Positions 11,850 to 23,539 of a DNA stretch of 64,000 nucleotides are shown here, one piece after another. The stretch is taken from assembly GCF_046119375.1 (NCBI RefSeq), contig NW_027362767.1:15562001-15626000 (forward strand). Direction: 5' to 3'. How positions within the stretch are numbered: position 1 is the stretch's first letter; every line of letters begins with the position of its first letter. The stretch is from Phyllobates terribilis (lineage: Eukaryota). Under the pieces are notes generated by a model. That model saw nothing but the letters and a program-made list of their open reading frames with translations, did no database searches and was not told the origin of the DNA. The translations under genes and the position numbers were made by a program.

Positions 11850-14800
11850 AACGGGCGAGAGACCGGGGAAGAGCTGCACCGAGGACGGGCGGGGGACCTG
11901 AGAAGCGCTGCACCGAGGACGGGCTGGGGACCAGGGAATAGCTGCACCGAGGACGGGCGAGGGACCGGGGAAGAGCTGCACCGAGGACGGGCGAGGGACC
12001 GGGGAAGAGCTGCACCGAGGACGGGCGAGGGACCGGGGAAGAGCTGCACCGAGGACGGGCGAGGGACCGGGGAAGAGCTGCACCGAGGACGGGCGGGGGA
12101 CCTGGGAAGCGCTGCACCGAGGACGGGCGAGGGACCTGGGAAGCGCTGCACCGAGGACGGGCTGGGGACCGGGGAAGAGCTGCACCGAAGACGGGCGAGG
12201 GACCGGGGAAGAGCTGCACCGAGGACGGGCGGGGGACCTGGGAAGCGCTGCACCGAGGACGGGCGAGGGACCGGGGAAGAGCTGCACCGAGGACGGGCGA
12301 GGGACCGGGGAAGAGCTGCACCGAGGACGGGCGAGGGACCGGGGAAGAGCTGCACCGAGGACGGGCGAGGGACCGGGGAAGAGCTGCACCGAAGACGGGC
12401 GAGGGACCGGGGAAGAGCTGCACCGAGGACGGGCGAGGGACCGGGGAAGAGCTGCACCGAGGACGGGCGGGGGACCTGGGAAGCGCTGCACCGAGGACGG
12501 GCGAGGGACCTGGGAAGCGCTGCACCGAGGACGGGCGAGGGACCGGGGAAGAGCTGCACCGAGGACGGGCGAGGGACCGGGGAAGAGCTGCACCGAGGAC
12601 GGGCGAGGGACCGGGGAAGAGCTGCACCGAAGACGGGCGAGGGACCGGGGAAGAGCTGCACCGAGGACGGGCGAGGGACCGGGGAAGAGCTGCACCGAGG
12701 ACGGGCGAGGGACCGGGGAAGAGCTGCACCGAAGACGGGCGAGGGACCGGGGAAGAGCTGCACCGAGGACGGGCGAGGGACCGGGGAAGCGCTGCACCGA
12801 GGACGGGCGGGGGACCGGGGAAGAGCTGCACCGAAGACGGGCGAGGGACCGGGGAAGAGCTGCACCGAGGACGGGCGAGGGACCGGGGAAGAGCTGCACC
12901 GAGGACGGGCGGGGGACCTGGGAAGCGCTGCACCGAGGACGGGCGAGGGACCGGGGAAGAGCTGCACCGAGGACGGGCGAGGGACCGGGGAAGAGCTGCA
13001 CCGAGGACGGGCGAGGGACCGGGGAAGAGCTGCACCGAGGACGGGCGAGGGACCGGGGAAGAGCTGCACCGAGGACGGGCGAGGGACCGGGGGAAGTGCT
13101 GCACCGAGGACGGGCGAGGGACTGGGGAAGAGCTGCACCGAGGACGGGCGAGGGATCGGGGAAGAGCTGCACCGAGGACGGGCGAGGGACCGGGGAAGAG
13201 CTGCACCGAGGACGGGCGAGGGATCGGGGAAGAGCTGCACCGAGGACGGGCGAGGGACTGGGGAAGAGCTGCACCGAGGACGGGCGAGGGACAGGGGAAG
13301 AGCTGCACCGAGGACGGGCGGGGGACCTGGGAAGCGCTGCACCGAGGACGGGCGAGGGACCGGGGGAAGCGCTGCACCGAGGACGGGCGAGGGATCGGGG
13401 AAGAGCTGCACCGAGGACGGGCAAGGGATCGGGGAAGAGCTGCACCGAGGACGGGCGAGGGACCGGGGAAGAGCTGCACCGAGGACGGGCGAGGGACCGG
13501 GGAAGAGCTGCACCGAGGACGGGCGAGGGACCGGGGAAGAGCTGCACCGAGGACGGGCGAGGGACCGGGGAAGAGCTGCACCGAGGACGGGCGAGGGACC
13601 GGGGAAGAGCTGCACCGAGGACGGGCGAGGGACCGGGGAAGAGCTGCACCGAGGACGGGCGAGGGACCGGGGGAAGTGCTGCACCGAGGACGGGCGAGGG
13701 ACCGGGGGAAGAGCTGCACCGAGGACGGGCGAGGGACCGGGGAAGAGCTGCACCGAGGACGGGCGAGGGACCGGGGAAGAGCTGCACCGAGGACGGGCGA
13801 GGGATCGGGGAAGAGCTGCACCGAGGACGGGCGAGGGACTGGGGAAGAGCTGCACCGAGGACGGGCGAGGGACCGGGGGAAGTGCTGCACCGAGGACGGG
13901 CGGGGGACCGGGGAAGAGCTGCACCGAGGACGGGCGAGGGACCGGGGGAAGTGCTGCACCGAGGACGGGCGGGGGACCGGGGAAGAGCTGCACCGAGGAC
14001 GGGCGAGGGACTGGGGAAGAGCTGCACCGAGGACGGGCGAGGGACTGGGGAAGAGCTGCACCGAGGACGGGCGAGGGACTGGGGAAGAGCTGCACCGAGG
14101 ACGGGCGGGGGACCGGGGAAGAGCTGCACCGAGGACGGGCGGGGGACCGGGGAAGAGCTGCACCGAGGACGGGCGAGGGACCGGGGAAGAGCTGCACCGA
14201 GGACGGGCGGGGGACCGGGGGAAGTGCTGCACCGAGGACGGGCGGGGGACCGGGGAAGAGCTGCACCGAGGACGGGCGAGGGACCGGGGAAGAGCTGCAC
14301 CGAGGACGGGCGAGGGCGGCTCCGAGGACGGTTGGGGGACCGGGGAAGCGCTGCACCGAGGACGGACGGGGGACCGGGGAAGAGCTGAACCGAGGACGGG
14401 CGAGGGACCGGGGGAGGACGGCTCCGAGGACGGACGGGGGACCGGGGAAGCGCTGCACCGAGGACGGACGGGGGACCGGGGAAGAGCTGCACCGAGGACG
14501 GGCTGGGGACCAGGGAAGAGCTGCACCGAGGACGGGCGAGGGACCGGGGAAGAGCTGCACCGAGGACGGGCGAGGGACCGGGGGAGGACGGCTCCGAGGA
14601 CGGACGGGGGACCGGGGAAGAGCTGCACCGAGGACGGGCGAGGGACCGGGGAAGAGCTGCACCGAGGACGGGCGGGGGACCGGGGAAGAGCTGCACCGAG
14701 GACGGGCGGGGGACCGGGGAAGAGCTGCACCGAGGACGGGCGGGGGACCTGGGAAGAGCTGCACCGAGGACGGGCGAGGGACCGGGGAAGAGTTGCACCG

Positions 14801-16665
14801 AGGACGGGCGAGGGACCGGGGAAGAGCTGCACCGAGGACGGGCGAGGGATCGGGGAAGAGCTGCACCGAGGACGGGCGAGGGATCGGGGAAGAGCTGCAC
14901 CGAGGACGGGCGAGGGACTGGGGAAGAGCTGCACCGAGGACGGGCGAGGGACTGGGGAAGAGCTGCACCGAGGACGGGCGAGGGACCGGGGAAGAGCTGC
15001 ACCGAGGACGGGCGAGGGACCGGGGAAGAGCTGCACCGAGGACGGGCGAGGGATCGGGGAAGAGCTGCACCGAGGACGGGCGAGGGATCGGGGAAGAGCT
15101 GCACCGAGGACGGGCGAGGGATCGGGGAAGAGCTGCACCGAGGACGGGCGAGGGACTGGGGAAGAGCTGCACCGAGGACGGGCGAGGGACTGGGGAAGAG
15201 CTGCACCGAGGACGGGCGAGGGACCGGGGAAGAGCTGCACCGAGGACGGGCGAGGGACCGGGGAAGAGCTGCACCGAGGACGGGCGGGGGACCGGGGAAG
15301 AGCTGCACCGAGGACGGGCGAGGGACCGGGGAAGAGCTGCACCGAGGACGGGCGAGGGACCGGGGAAGAGCTGCACCGAGGACGGGCGAGGGACCGGGGA
15401 AGAGCTGCACCGAGGACGGGCGGGGGACCGGGGGAAGTGCTGCACCGAGGACGGGCGAGGGACCGGGGAAGAGCTGCACCGAGGACGGGCGAGGGACCGG
15501 GGAAGAGCTGCACCGAGGACGGGCGAGGGACCGGGGAAGAGCTGCACTGAGGACGGGCGAGGGACCGGGGAAGAGCTGCACTGAGGACGGGCGAGGGACC
15601 GGGGAAGAGCTGCACCGAGGACGGGCGAGGGCGGCTCCGAGGACGGTTGGGGGACCGGGGAAGCGCTGCACCGAGGACGGACGGGGGACCGGGGAAGAGC
15701 TGAACCGAGGACGGGCGAGGGACCGGGGGAGGACGGCTCCGAGGACGGACGGGGGACCGGGGAAGCGCTGCACCGAGGACGGACGGGGGACCGGGGAAGA
15801 GCTGCACCGAGGACGGGCTGGGGACCAGGGAAGAGCTGCACCAAGGACGGGCGAGGGACCGGGGAAGAGCTGCACCGAGGACGGGCGAGGGACCGGGGGA
15901 GGACGGCTCCGAGAACGGACGGGGGACCGGGGAAGCGCTGCACCGAGGACGGACGGGGGACCGGGGAAGAGCTGCACCGAGGACGGGCGAGGGACCGGAG
16001 AGGAGCTGCACCGAGGACGGGCGGGGGACCGGGGAAGAGCTGCACCGAGGACGGTTGGGGGACCGGGGAAGCGCTGCACCGAGGACGGACGGGGGACCAG
16101 GGAAGAGCTGAACCGAGGACGGGCGAGGGACCGGGGGAGGACGGCTCCGAGGACGGACGGGGGACCGGGGAAGCGCTGCACCGAGGACGGACGGGGGACC
16201 GGGGAAGAGCTGCACCGAGGACGGGCTGGGGACCAGGGAAGAGCTGCACCAAGGACGGGCGAGGGACCGGGGAAGAGCTGCACCGAGGACGGGCGAGGGA
16301 CCGGGGAGGACGGCTCCGAGAACGGACGGGGGACCGGGGAAGCGCTGCACCGAGGACGGACGGGGGACCGGGGAAGAGCTGCACCGAGGACGGGCGAGGG
16401 ACCGGAGAGGAGCTGCACCGAGGACGGGCGGGGGACCGGGGAAGAGCTGCACCGAGGACGGGCGGGGGACCTGGGAAGCGCTGCACCGAGGACGGGCGAG
16501 GGACCGGGGAAGAGCTGCACCGAGGACGGGCGAGGGACCGGGGAAGAGCTGCACCGAGGACGGGCGAGGGACCGGGGAAGAGTTGCACCGAGGACGGGCG
16601 GGGGACCTGGGAAGCGCTGCACCGAGGAGGGGCGAGGGACCGGGGAAGAGTTGCACCGAGGACGT
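11850..16665. repeat. 34-bp minisatellite, subfamily A (GGGGAAGAGCTGCACCGAGGACGGGCGAGGGACC), intron 1
   Basis: 34-bp period (12001 vs 12035); about 140 units; four CpG per unit. Confidence 0.96.
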
Positions 16666-16683
16666 GGGGGGGGGGGGGAGTGG

Positions 16684-18055
16684 GAGGACGGCTCTGAGGA
16701 CGGGCGGGGGTCCGGGGGAGGACGGCTCTGAGGACGGGCGGGGGTCCTGGGGAGGAAGGCTCTGAGGACGGGCGGGGGTCCTGGGGAGGACGGCTCTGAG
16801 GACGGGCGGGGGTCCGGGGGAGGACGGCTCTGAGGACGGGCGGGGGTCCGGGGGAGGACGGCTCTGAGGACGGGCGGGGGTCCGGGGGAGGACGGCTCTG
16901 AGGACGGGCGGGGGTCCGGGGGAGGACGGCTCTGAGGACGGGCGGGGGTACGGGGGAGGACGGCTCTGAGGACGGGCGGGGGTCCGGGGGAGGACGGCTC
17001 TGAGGACGGGCGGGGGTCCGGGGGAGGACGGCTCTGAGGACGGGCGGGGGTCCGGGGGAGGACGGCTCTGAGGACGGGCGGGGGTCCGGGGGAGGACGGC
17101 TCTGAGGACGGGCGGGGGTCCGGGGGAGGACGGCTCTGAGGACGGGCGGGGGTCCGGGGGAGGACGGCTCTGAGGACGGGCGGGGGTCCGGGGGAGGACG
17201 GCTCTGAGGACGGGCGGGGGTCCTGGGGAGGAAGGCTCTGAGGACGGGCGGGGGTCCTGGGGAGGAAGGCTCTGAGGACGGGCGGGGGTCCTGGGGAGGA
17301 AGGCTCTGAGGACGGGCGGGGGTCCTGGGGAGGAAGGCTCTGAGGACGTGCGGGGGTCCGGGGGAGGAAGGCTCTGAGGACGGGCGGGGGTCCGGGGGAG
17401 GACGGCTCTGAGGACGGGCGGGGGTCCGGGGGAGGACGGCTTTGAGGACGGGCGGGGGTCCGGGGGAGGACGGCTCTGAGGACGGGCGGGGGTCCGGGGG
17501 AGGACGGCTCTGAGGACGGGCGGGGGTCCGGGGGAGGACGGCTCTGAGGACGGGCGGGGGTCCGGGGGAGGACGGCTCTGAGGACGGGCGGGGGTCCGGG
17601 GGAGGACGGCTCTGAGGACGGGCGGGGGTCCGGGGGAGGACGGCTCTGAGGACGGGCGGGGGTCCGGGGGAGGACGGCTCTGAGGACGGGCGGGGGTCCG
17701 GGGGAGGACGGCTCTGAGGACGGGCGGGGGTCCGGGGGAGGACGGCTCTGAGGACGGGCGGGGGTCCGGGGGAGGACGGCTCTGAGGACGGGCGGGGGTC
17801 CGGGGGAGGACGACTCTGAGGACGGGCGGGGGTCCGGGGGAGGACGGCTCTGAGGACGGGCGGGGGTCCTGGGGAGGACGGCTCTGAGGACGGGCGGGGG
17901 TCCTGGGGAGGACGGCTCTGAGGACGGGCGGGGGTCCGGGGGAGGACGGCTCTGAGGATGGGCGGGGGTCCGGGGGAGGAAGCCCTTGAGTGAGGACGGA
18001 CGGGGTGTCGGGGAAGAGCTGCACCGAGGACGGCTCTGAGGACGGGCGGGGGAGG
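16684..18055. repeat. 34-bp minisatellite, subfamily B (GGGGGAGGACGGCTCTGAGGACGGGCGGGGGTCC), intron 1
   Basis: 34-bp period; shares GAGGACGGGCG with subfamily A; separated from A by a G-run at about 16666-16679. Confidence 0.95.
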
Positions 18056-18271
18056 ACTGCTCTGCACCTCTGATGAACCTCCTCTTAGACCATTGTGGTG
18101 GGATGCCAGAGAGCCTGACAGTGTCTGGATAGATGGCACATATATACTGAAATGCTCCCCCTGCAGGGAAGGAGGGAGGGATGCCCACCTTGGCTGCCTG
18201 TGTTGAGGGGGTGATGGATCTCTGTCCAGTGGGGTGACCTGTGCTGTGTCTGCTCCTCTGTAGGCTTCACC

Positions 18272-18417
18272 ATGGCCTGGAGTCAGGAGCCAGATGAGCA
18301 GATAGCAGATGAGGACGTGATGGAGATGATGCAAGGCCTGAAGATTAGGAGCAGCCTCATCCTGCAGGATCTGACTTGTCTGCATGAAGCCTGTATTGGG
18401 CCGGCTCTGACCAGGAG
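18272..18417 (+). CDS. FAM161B: FAM161B first coding exon (exon starts 18264): MAWSQEPDEQIADEDVMEMMQGLKIRSSLILQDLTCLHEACIGPALTR
   Basis: Acceptor CTCCTCTGTAG|; strong Kozak TTCACCATGG; donor AG|GTGAGT at 18418. Phase 2 joins in frame to the 23540 exon (AG+T = Ser). PALTR|S resembles mammalian PQALR|C as I recall it. Too short for the ORF track. Confidence 0.8.
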
Positions 18418-18732
18418 GTGAGTAGCTGCAGTGGCCGGGTGACTGCAGCAAATCTCTGCAGAGCTGGGTGAGATGGCTTCACATGACTGGAGGCCCAGAG
18501 GATAATCTCATGTCTGGTGATACCAGGACACAGCTGGAAACAGGGATCTGATAGATTGGGGGGGACAACTGAATTATAGGGTTTATTGCAAAGACCAGCA
18601 GCCCCAGATGCGGTCAAAAGCCGCTTATTCTACTTCAACCTATGAAGAAAAGAAACATTTGGAAAACAAACCAGAATATGTTACACCTCAGATTCCTCAC
18701 TGTGTTCCCCATTTATTCTGATGACAGCTTAA

Positions 18733-19240
18733 AGGGGTTGTCCACTACTATTCAAAATATGCCACAGCTTTTTTATGATGAAAAGCAACTTCTTTATAAT
18801 TACCTCCCTCTGCCTGTGAGCGGCGCTATCACTGGCCGCTCACAGGCAGCACGTAACCCCCCGCTGACGTCCCATCTATTGAGGCATGACTCAGCGCTGG
18901 GGTCCCCGCGGTGGCTGCTGGGTTGTGGGCTGGGGTATCCCACCACGTCACACCCAGCATCCACCGCGTGCTTTCCCAATGAATGGGGGGAGGGAGAGTG
19001 CGTGGTGGATGCCGGGTGTGACGCGTGGGGTAATCCCGCCCACAACCCAGCAGCCACCGTGGAACACGGAAGACAGAGACCCCCGGCTGCAGCCTGGACT
19101 TGTCATGACAGGTGATGCCTGTGAGCGGCCAGTGATAGCGCCGCTCACAGGCAGAAACAGCACCAGGAGGTAATTACAAAGAAGCTGCTTTTCATCTTAA
19201 AAACGCTTTGGCATATTTTAAGTATTAGTGGACAACCCCT
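18733..19240. mobile_element. 508-bp T2-family (Kolobok-type) fold-back MITE with TTAA target-site duplication
   Basis: TTAA (18729-18732) | AGGGGTTGTCCACT ... AGTGGACAACCCCT | TTAA (19241-19244). About 115-bp imperfect TIRs, and an internal inverted pair around about 18985. TTAA-AGG termini are the known T2-MITE signature in frogs. Confidence 0.92.
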
Positions 19241-19444
19241 TTAAGCCCCCCTAAGTCGTTCTTTCTGCAGCTTCAACATGTCATCACCTGGAATGGCTCC
19301 AACAGTCTTGGAGGAATTTGCAGAGGTGATGAGCACTTGGTGGCTACTTTGCCTTCACTTCAAATCAAACCATCTCACTTGGGTTGAGGTCACATCATTG
19401 TGGAAGCCATGTCATCTAACACAGCCTCCATCCCTCCACTCCAT

Positions 19445-20005
19445 GAGGAGGAGGAGGAGGCAGGCAGGAGGCGGACAGGGGAGCCTGGAGGCAGGAGGCG
19501 GACAGGGGAGCCTGGAGGCAGGAGGCGGACAGGGGAGCCTGGAGGCAGGAGGTGGACAGGGGAGCCTGGAGGCAGGAGGCGGACAGGGGAGCCTGGAGGC
19601 AGGAGGCGGACAGGGGAGCCTGGAGGCAGGAGGCGGACAGGGGAGCCTGGAGGCTGACAGGGGAGCCTGGAGGCAGGAGGCTGACAGGGGAGGCAGGAGG
19701 CTGACAGGGGAGGCAGGAGGCTGACAGGGGAGCCTGGAGGCAGGAGGCTGACAGGGGAGGCAGGAGGCTGACAGGGGAGCCTGGAGGCAGGAGGCTGACA
19801 GGGGAGCCTGGAGGCAGGAGGCTGACAGGGGAGGCAGGAGGCTGACAGGGGAGGCAGGAGGCTGACAGGGGAGGCAGACGGAAGGCTGACAGGGGAGGCG
19901 GGAGGCGGACAGGGGAGCCTGAAGGCGGGAGGCGGACAGGGGAGCCTGGAGGCGGAGGGCGAACGGGCGCCTGGAGGAAGGAGGTGGACAGGGGAGCCTG
20001 GAGGA
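19445..20005. repeat. 27-bp (GGAGGCAGGAGGCGGACAGGGGAGCCT) and 20-bp variant minisatellite, intron 2
   Basis: Units read directly; 20-bp variants lack GGAGCCT. Confidence 0.93.
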
Positions 20006-20180
20006 GAAGGAGTAACAAAAAAAGAACAAAAGCGCTTCATGTGTGAATCAATCTCAGTTGACACACCACATCCTCAGCATTTCACCTTTGCTCAGCTGGA
20101 GAGGTTGTGCTGCTGCAGGCACAACACTGGGGTTAGCTTAAAGGAACTCAACCGGTCGACCGTTCACTATGCTTCCGCCA

Positions 20181-20350
20181 TGAAGGAGGAGAGTTCGGTT
20201 CCAGGTAAAAAAAAAAAGATTTATTGAACTACTCGTTTCAGGGACAGTCCGTGCCTTTTATCAAATACATTTGATGAAGGGAACGGACTGTCCCTGAAAC
20301 ACTTAGCTCAATAAATCCTTTTTTACCTGGAGCCGGACTCTCCTCCTTCA
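20181..20350. mobile_element. 170-bp imperfect palindrome of two back-to-back hammerhead-like/AATAAA modules; probable Penelope-like retroelement terminal remnant
   Basis: Arms pair (TGAAGGAGGAGAGTTCGGTTCCAGGTAAAAAA / TTTTTTACCTGGAGCCGGACTCTCCTCCTTCA) around the centre ATCAAAT-AC-ATTTGAT. Each arm reads outward TTGAT(G/A)A-...-GAAAC-...-TC-AATAAA. Confidence 0.6.
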
Positions 20351-20389
20351 CAGCAGTACCTGCATGATATCGCAATCCTCCCTCCTTGG

Positions 20390-23215
20390 ATGAGATGGAG
20401 GGCGGGAGGAACCTGAAGGAGAAAGGGGGAGGACCCTGGAGGAGAAAGAGGGAGGAGGAGAAAGGGGGAGGAACCTGGAGGAGAAAGAGGGGGAGGAACC
20501 TGGAGGAGAAAGAGGGGGAGGACGGGGGAGGAACCTGGAGGAGAAAGAGGGGAAGGAACCTGGAGGAGAAAGAGGGGAAGGAACCTGGAGGAGAAAGAGG
20601 GGGAGGAGCCTGGAGGAGAAAGAGGGGGGAGGAGCCTGGAGGAGAAAGAGGGGGGGAGGAGCCTGGAGGAGAAAGAGGGGGGGAGGAGCCTGGAGGAGAA
20701 AGAGGGGGGGAGGAGCCTGGAGGAGAAAGAGGGGGGGAGGAGCCTGGAGGAGAAAGAGGGGGAGGACGGGGGAGGAACCTGGAGGAGAAAGAGGGGAAGG
20801 AACCTGGAGGAGAAAGAGGGGAAGGAACCTGGAGGAGAAAGAGGGGGGAGGAGCCTGGAGGAGAAAGAGGGGGGAGGAGAAAGGGGGAGGAGCCTGGAGG
20901 AGAAAGGGGGGGGAGCCTGGAGGAGAAAGAGGGGGGAGGAGAAAGGGGGAGGGCCTGGAGGAGAAAGGGGGAGGAGAAAGGGGGAGGGCCTGGAGGAGAA
21001 AGGGGGGGAGGACAGGGGAGGAACCTGGAGGAGAAAGATGGGGAGAAACCTGGAGGAGGAAGAATGGGAGGACAGAGGAGGAACCTGGAGGAGAAATAGG
21101 GGAAGGAACGGGGAGGAACCTGAAGGAGAAAAAGGGGGGGGCAGGAAGAAAGAGGGGGACGAACCTGGAGGAGAAAGAGGGGGACGAACCTGGAGGAGAA
21201 AGAGGGGGAGGAACCTGGAGAAGAAAGAGGGGGAGGAACCTGGAGAAGAAAGAGAGGGAGGAACCTGGAGAAGAAAGAGGGGGGGGGGGAACCTGGAGGA
21301 GAAAGAGGGGGAGGAGCCTGGAGGAGAAAGAGCCGGGAGGACAGGGGAGGAGCCTGGAGGAGAAAGAGCCGGGAGGACAGGGGAGGAGCCTGGAGGAGAA
21401 AGAGCCGGGAGGACAGGGGAGGAGCCTGGAGGAGAGAGAGCCGGGAGGACAGGGGAGGAGCCTGGAGGAGAAAGAGCCGGGAGGACAGGGGAGGAGCCTG
21501 GAGGAGAAAGAGCCGGGAGGACAGGGGAGGAGCCTGGAGGAGAAAGAGCGGGAGGAGCCTGGAGGAGAAAGAGCGGGAGGACAGGGGAGGAGCCTGGAGG
21601 AGAAAGAGCGGGAGGAGCCTGGAGGAGAAAGAGCGGGAGGACAGGGGAGGAGCCGGGAGGAGAAAGAGCGGGAGGAGCCTGGAGGAGAAAGAGCGGGAGG
21701 ACAGGGGAGGAGCCGGAAGGAGAAAGAGCGGGAGGACAGGGGAGGAGCCGGGAGGAGAAAGAGCGGGAGGACAGGGGAGGAGCCGGGAGGAGCCTGGAGG
21801 AGAAAGAGCGGGAGGACAGGGGAGGAGCCGGGAGGAGAAAGAGCGGGAGGAGCCTGGAGGAGAAAGAGTGGGAGGACAGGGGAGGAGCCTGGAGGTCAGG
21901 GGAGGAGCCTGGAGGAGAAAGCCTGGAGGTCAGGGGAGGAGCCTGGAGGTCAGGGGAGGAGCCTGGAGGAGAAAGAGCCTGGAGGTCAGGGGAGGAGCCT
22001 GGAGGAGAAAGAGCCTGGAGGACAGGGGAGGAGCCTGGAGGAGAAAGAGAGCCTGGAGGAGAAAGAGCCTGGAGGACAGGGGAGGAGCCTGGAGGAGAAA
22101 GAGCCTGGAGGACAGGGGAGGAGCCTGGAGGAGAAAGAGCCTGGAGGAGAAAGAGCCTGGAGGACAGGGGAGGAGCCTGGAGGACAGGGGAGGAGCCTGG
22201 AGGAGAAAGAGCTGGAGGACAGGGGAGGAGCCTGGAGGAGAGAGCGGGAGGAGCCTGGAGGAGAAAGAGCGGGAGGAGCCGGGAGGAGAAAGAGCCGGGA
22301 GGACAGGGGAGGAGCCTGGAGGAGAAAGAGCCTGGAGGACAGGGTAGGAGCCTGGAGGAGAAAGAGCGGGAGGACAGGGGAGGAGCCTGGAGAAGAAAGA
22401 GCGGGAGGAGCCTGGAGGAGAAAGAGCGGGAGGACAGGGGAGGAGCCGGGAGGAGAAAGAGCCGGGAGGACAGGGGAAGAGCCGGGAGGAGCCGGGAGGA
22501 CAGGGGAGGAGCCGGGAGGACAGGGGAGGAGCCGGGAGGACAGGGGAGGAGCCTGGAGGACAGGGGAGGAGCCGGGAGGACAGGGGAGGAGCCGGGAGGA
22601 GAAAGAGCCTGGAGGACAGGGGAGGAGCCTGGAGGACAGGGGAGGAGCCTGGAGGACAGGGGAGGAGCCTGGAGGAGAAAGAGCGGGAGGACAGGGGAGG
22701 AGCCGGGAGGAGAAAGAGCGGGAGGACAGGGGAGGAGCCGGGAGGAGAAAGAGCGGGAGGAGCCGGGAGGAGAAAGAGCGGGAGGAGCCGGGAGGAGAAA
22801 GAGCGGGAGGAGCCGGGAGGAGAAAGAGCGGGAGGAGCCGGGAGGAGAAAGAGCGGGAGGACAGGGGAGGAGCCGGGAGGAGAAAGAGCGGGAGGACAGG
22901 GGAGGAGCCGGGAGGAGAAAGAGCGGGAGGACAGGGGAGGAGCCGGGAGGAGAAAGAGTGGGAGGAGCCGGGAGGAGAAAGAGCGGGAGGACAGGGGAGG
23001 AGCCGGGAGGAGAAAGAGCGGGAGGAGAAAGAGCGGGAGGACAGGGGAGGAGCCGGGAGGAGAAAGAGCGGGAGGAGCCGGGAGGAGAAAGAGCGGGAGG
23101 ACAGGGGAGGAGCTGGGAGGAGAAAGAGCGGGAGGAACCTGGAGGAGAAAGAGGGGGAGGACAGAGCAGGAACCGGAAGGAGACAGGTAGAGGACAGGAG
23201 AGCCTGGAGGAGAAG
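20390..23215. repeat. Near-homopurine modular minisatellite (GGAGGAGCCTGGAGGAGAAAGAGCG and GGAGGACAGG modules), intron 2
   Basis: About 25-bp and 10-bp modules combined in varying order; the + strand is overwhelmingly G/A. Confidence 0.92.
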
Positions 23216-23539
23216 AGAGAGGGGCTTGTTGGTTGAATAAGTCCTTAGGCCAGTAGGTTCGTAAGGTGCAGTGCCAGCCAGTTAATGTAATACTCCAGGC
23301 ACCCTGTCACAATAATATACTGCCATATTGTCATGACAGCAATCATAAGGAAAAGAAGCTATACGATGAGTAGAGTCCTCCACACAATGTTTATTATAGG
23401 GTTGTTGTTATGATTTATTTTTATAGCACCATTGATTCCATGGAATATATATTCTCCTGAGACTCCCCTCCCCCACTATTCCGAATATGTACTATTTAAT
23501 TCTTAATATACCACAGCTTACCGACTTGAATTCTTCTAG

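Noticed and set aside
7547-18451. 1200-2200-aa Leu/Ser/Pro- or Gly/Arg-rich ORFs over the 45-bp and 34-bp arrays
   Set aside because: Translations of low-complexity repeats open in several frames at once; the 34-bp unit cycles through all three frames.
18642-19173. Short ORFs on both strands over the T2-MITE
   Set aside because: Non-autonomous palindromic element; no transposase motifs.
19271-19325. Candidate cassette exon (TTCTTTCTGCAG| ... GAG|GTGATG), initially in frame with exon 2
   Set aside because: 55 nt would frameshift the next exon; no FAM161B similarity; weak donor.
20138-20160. TTAA-AGGAAC, resembling a second T2-MITE left end
   Set aside because: No matching right TIR or TTAA found downstream.
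20386-23236. Glu/Gly/Arg-rich ORFs up to 732 aa in intron 2
   Set aside because: A purine-only strand has almost no T and so cannot form stop codons; exons 2 and 3 already join in frame without it.
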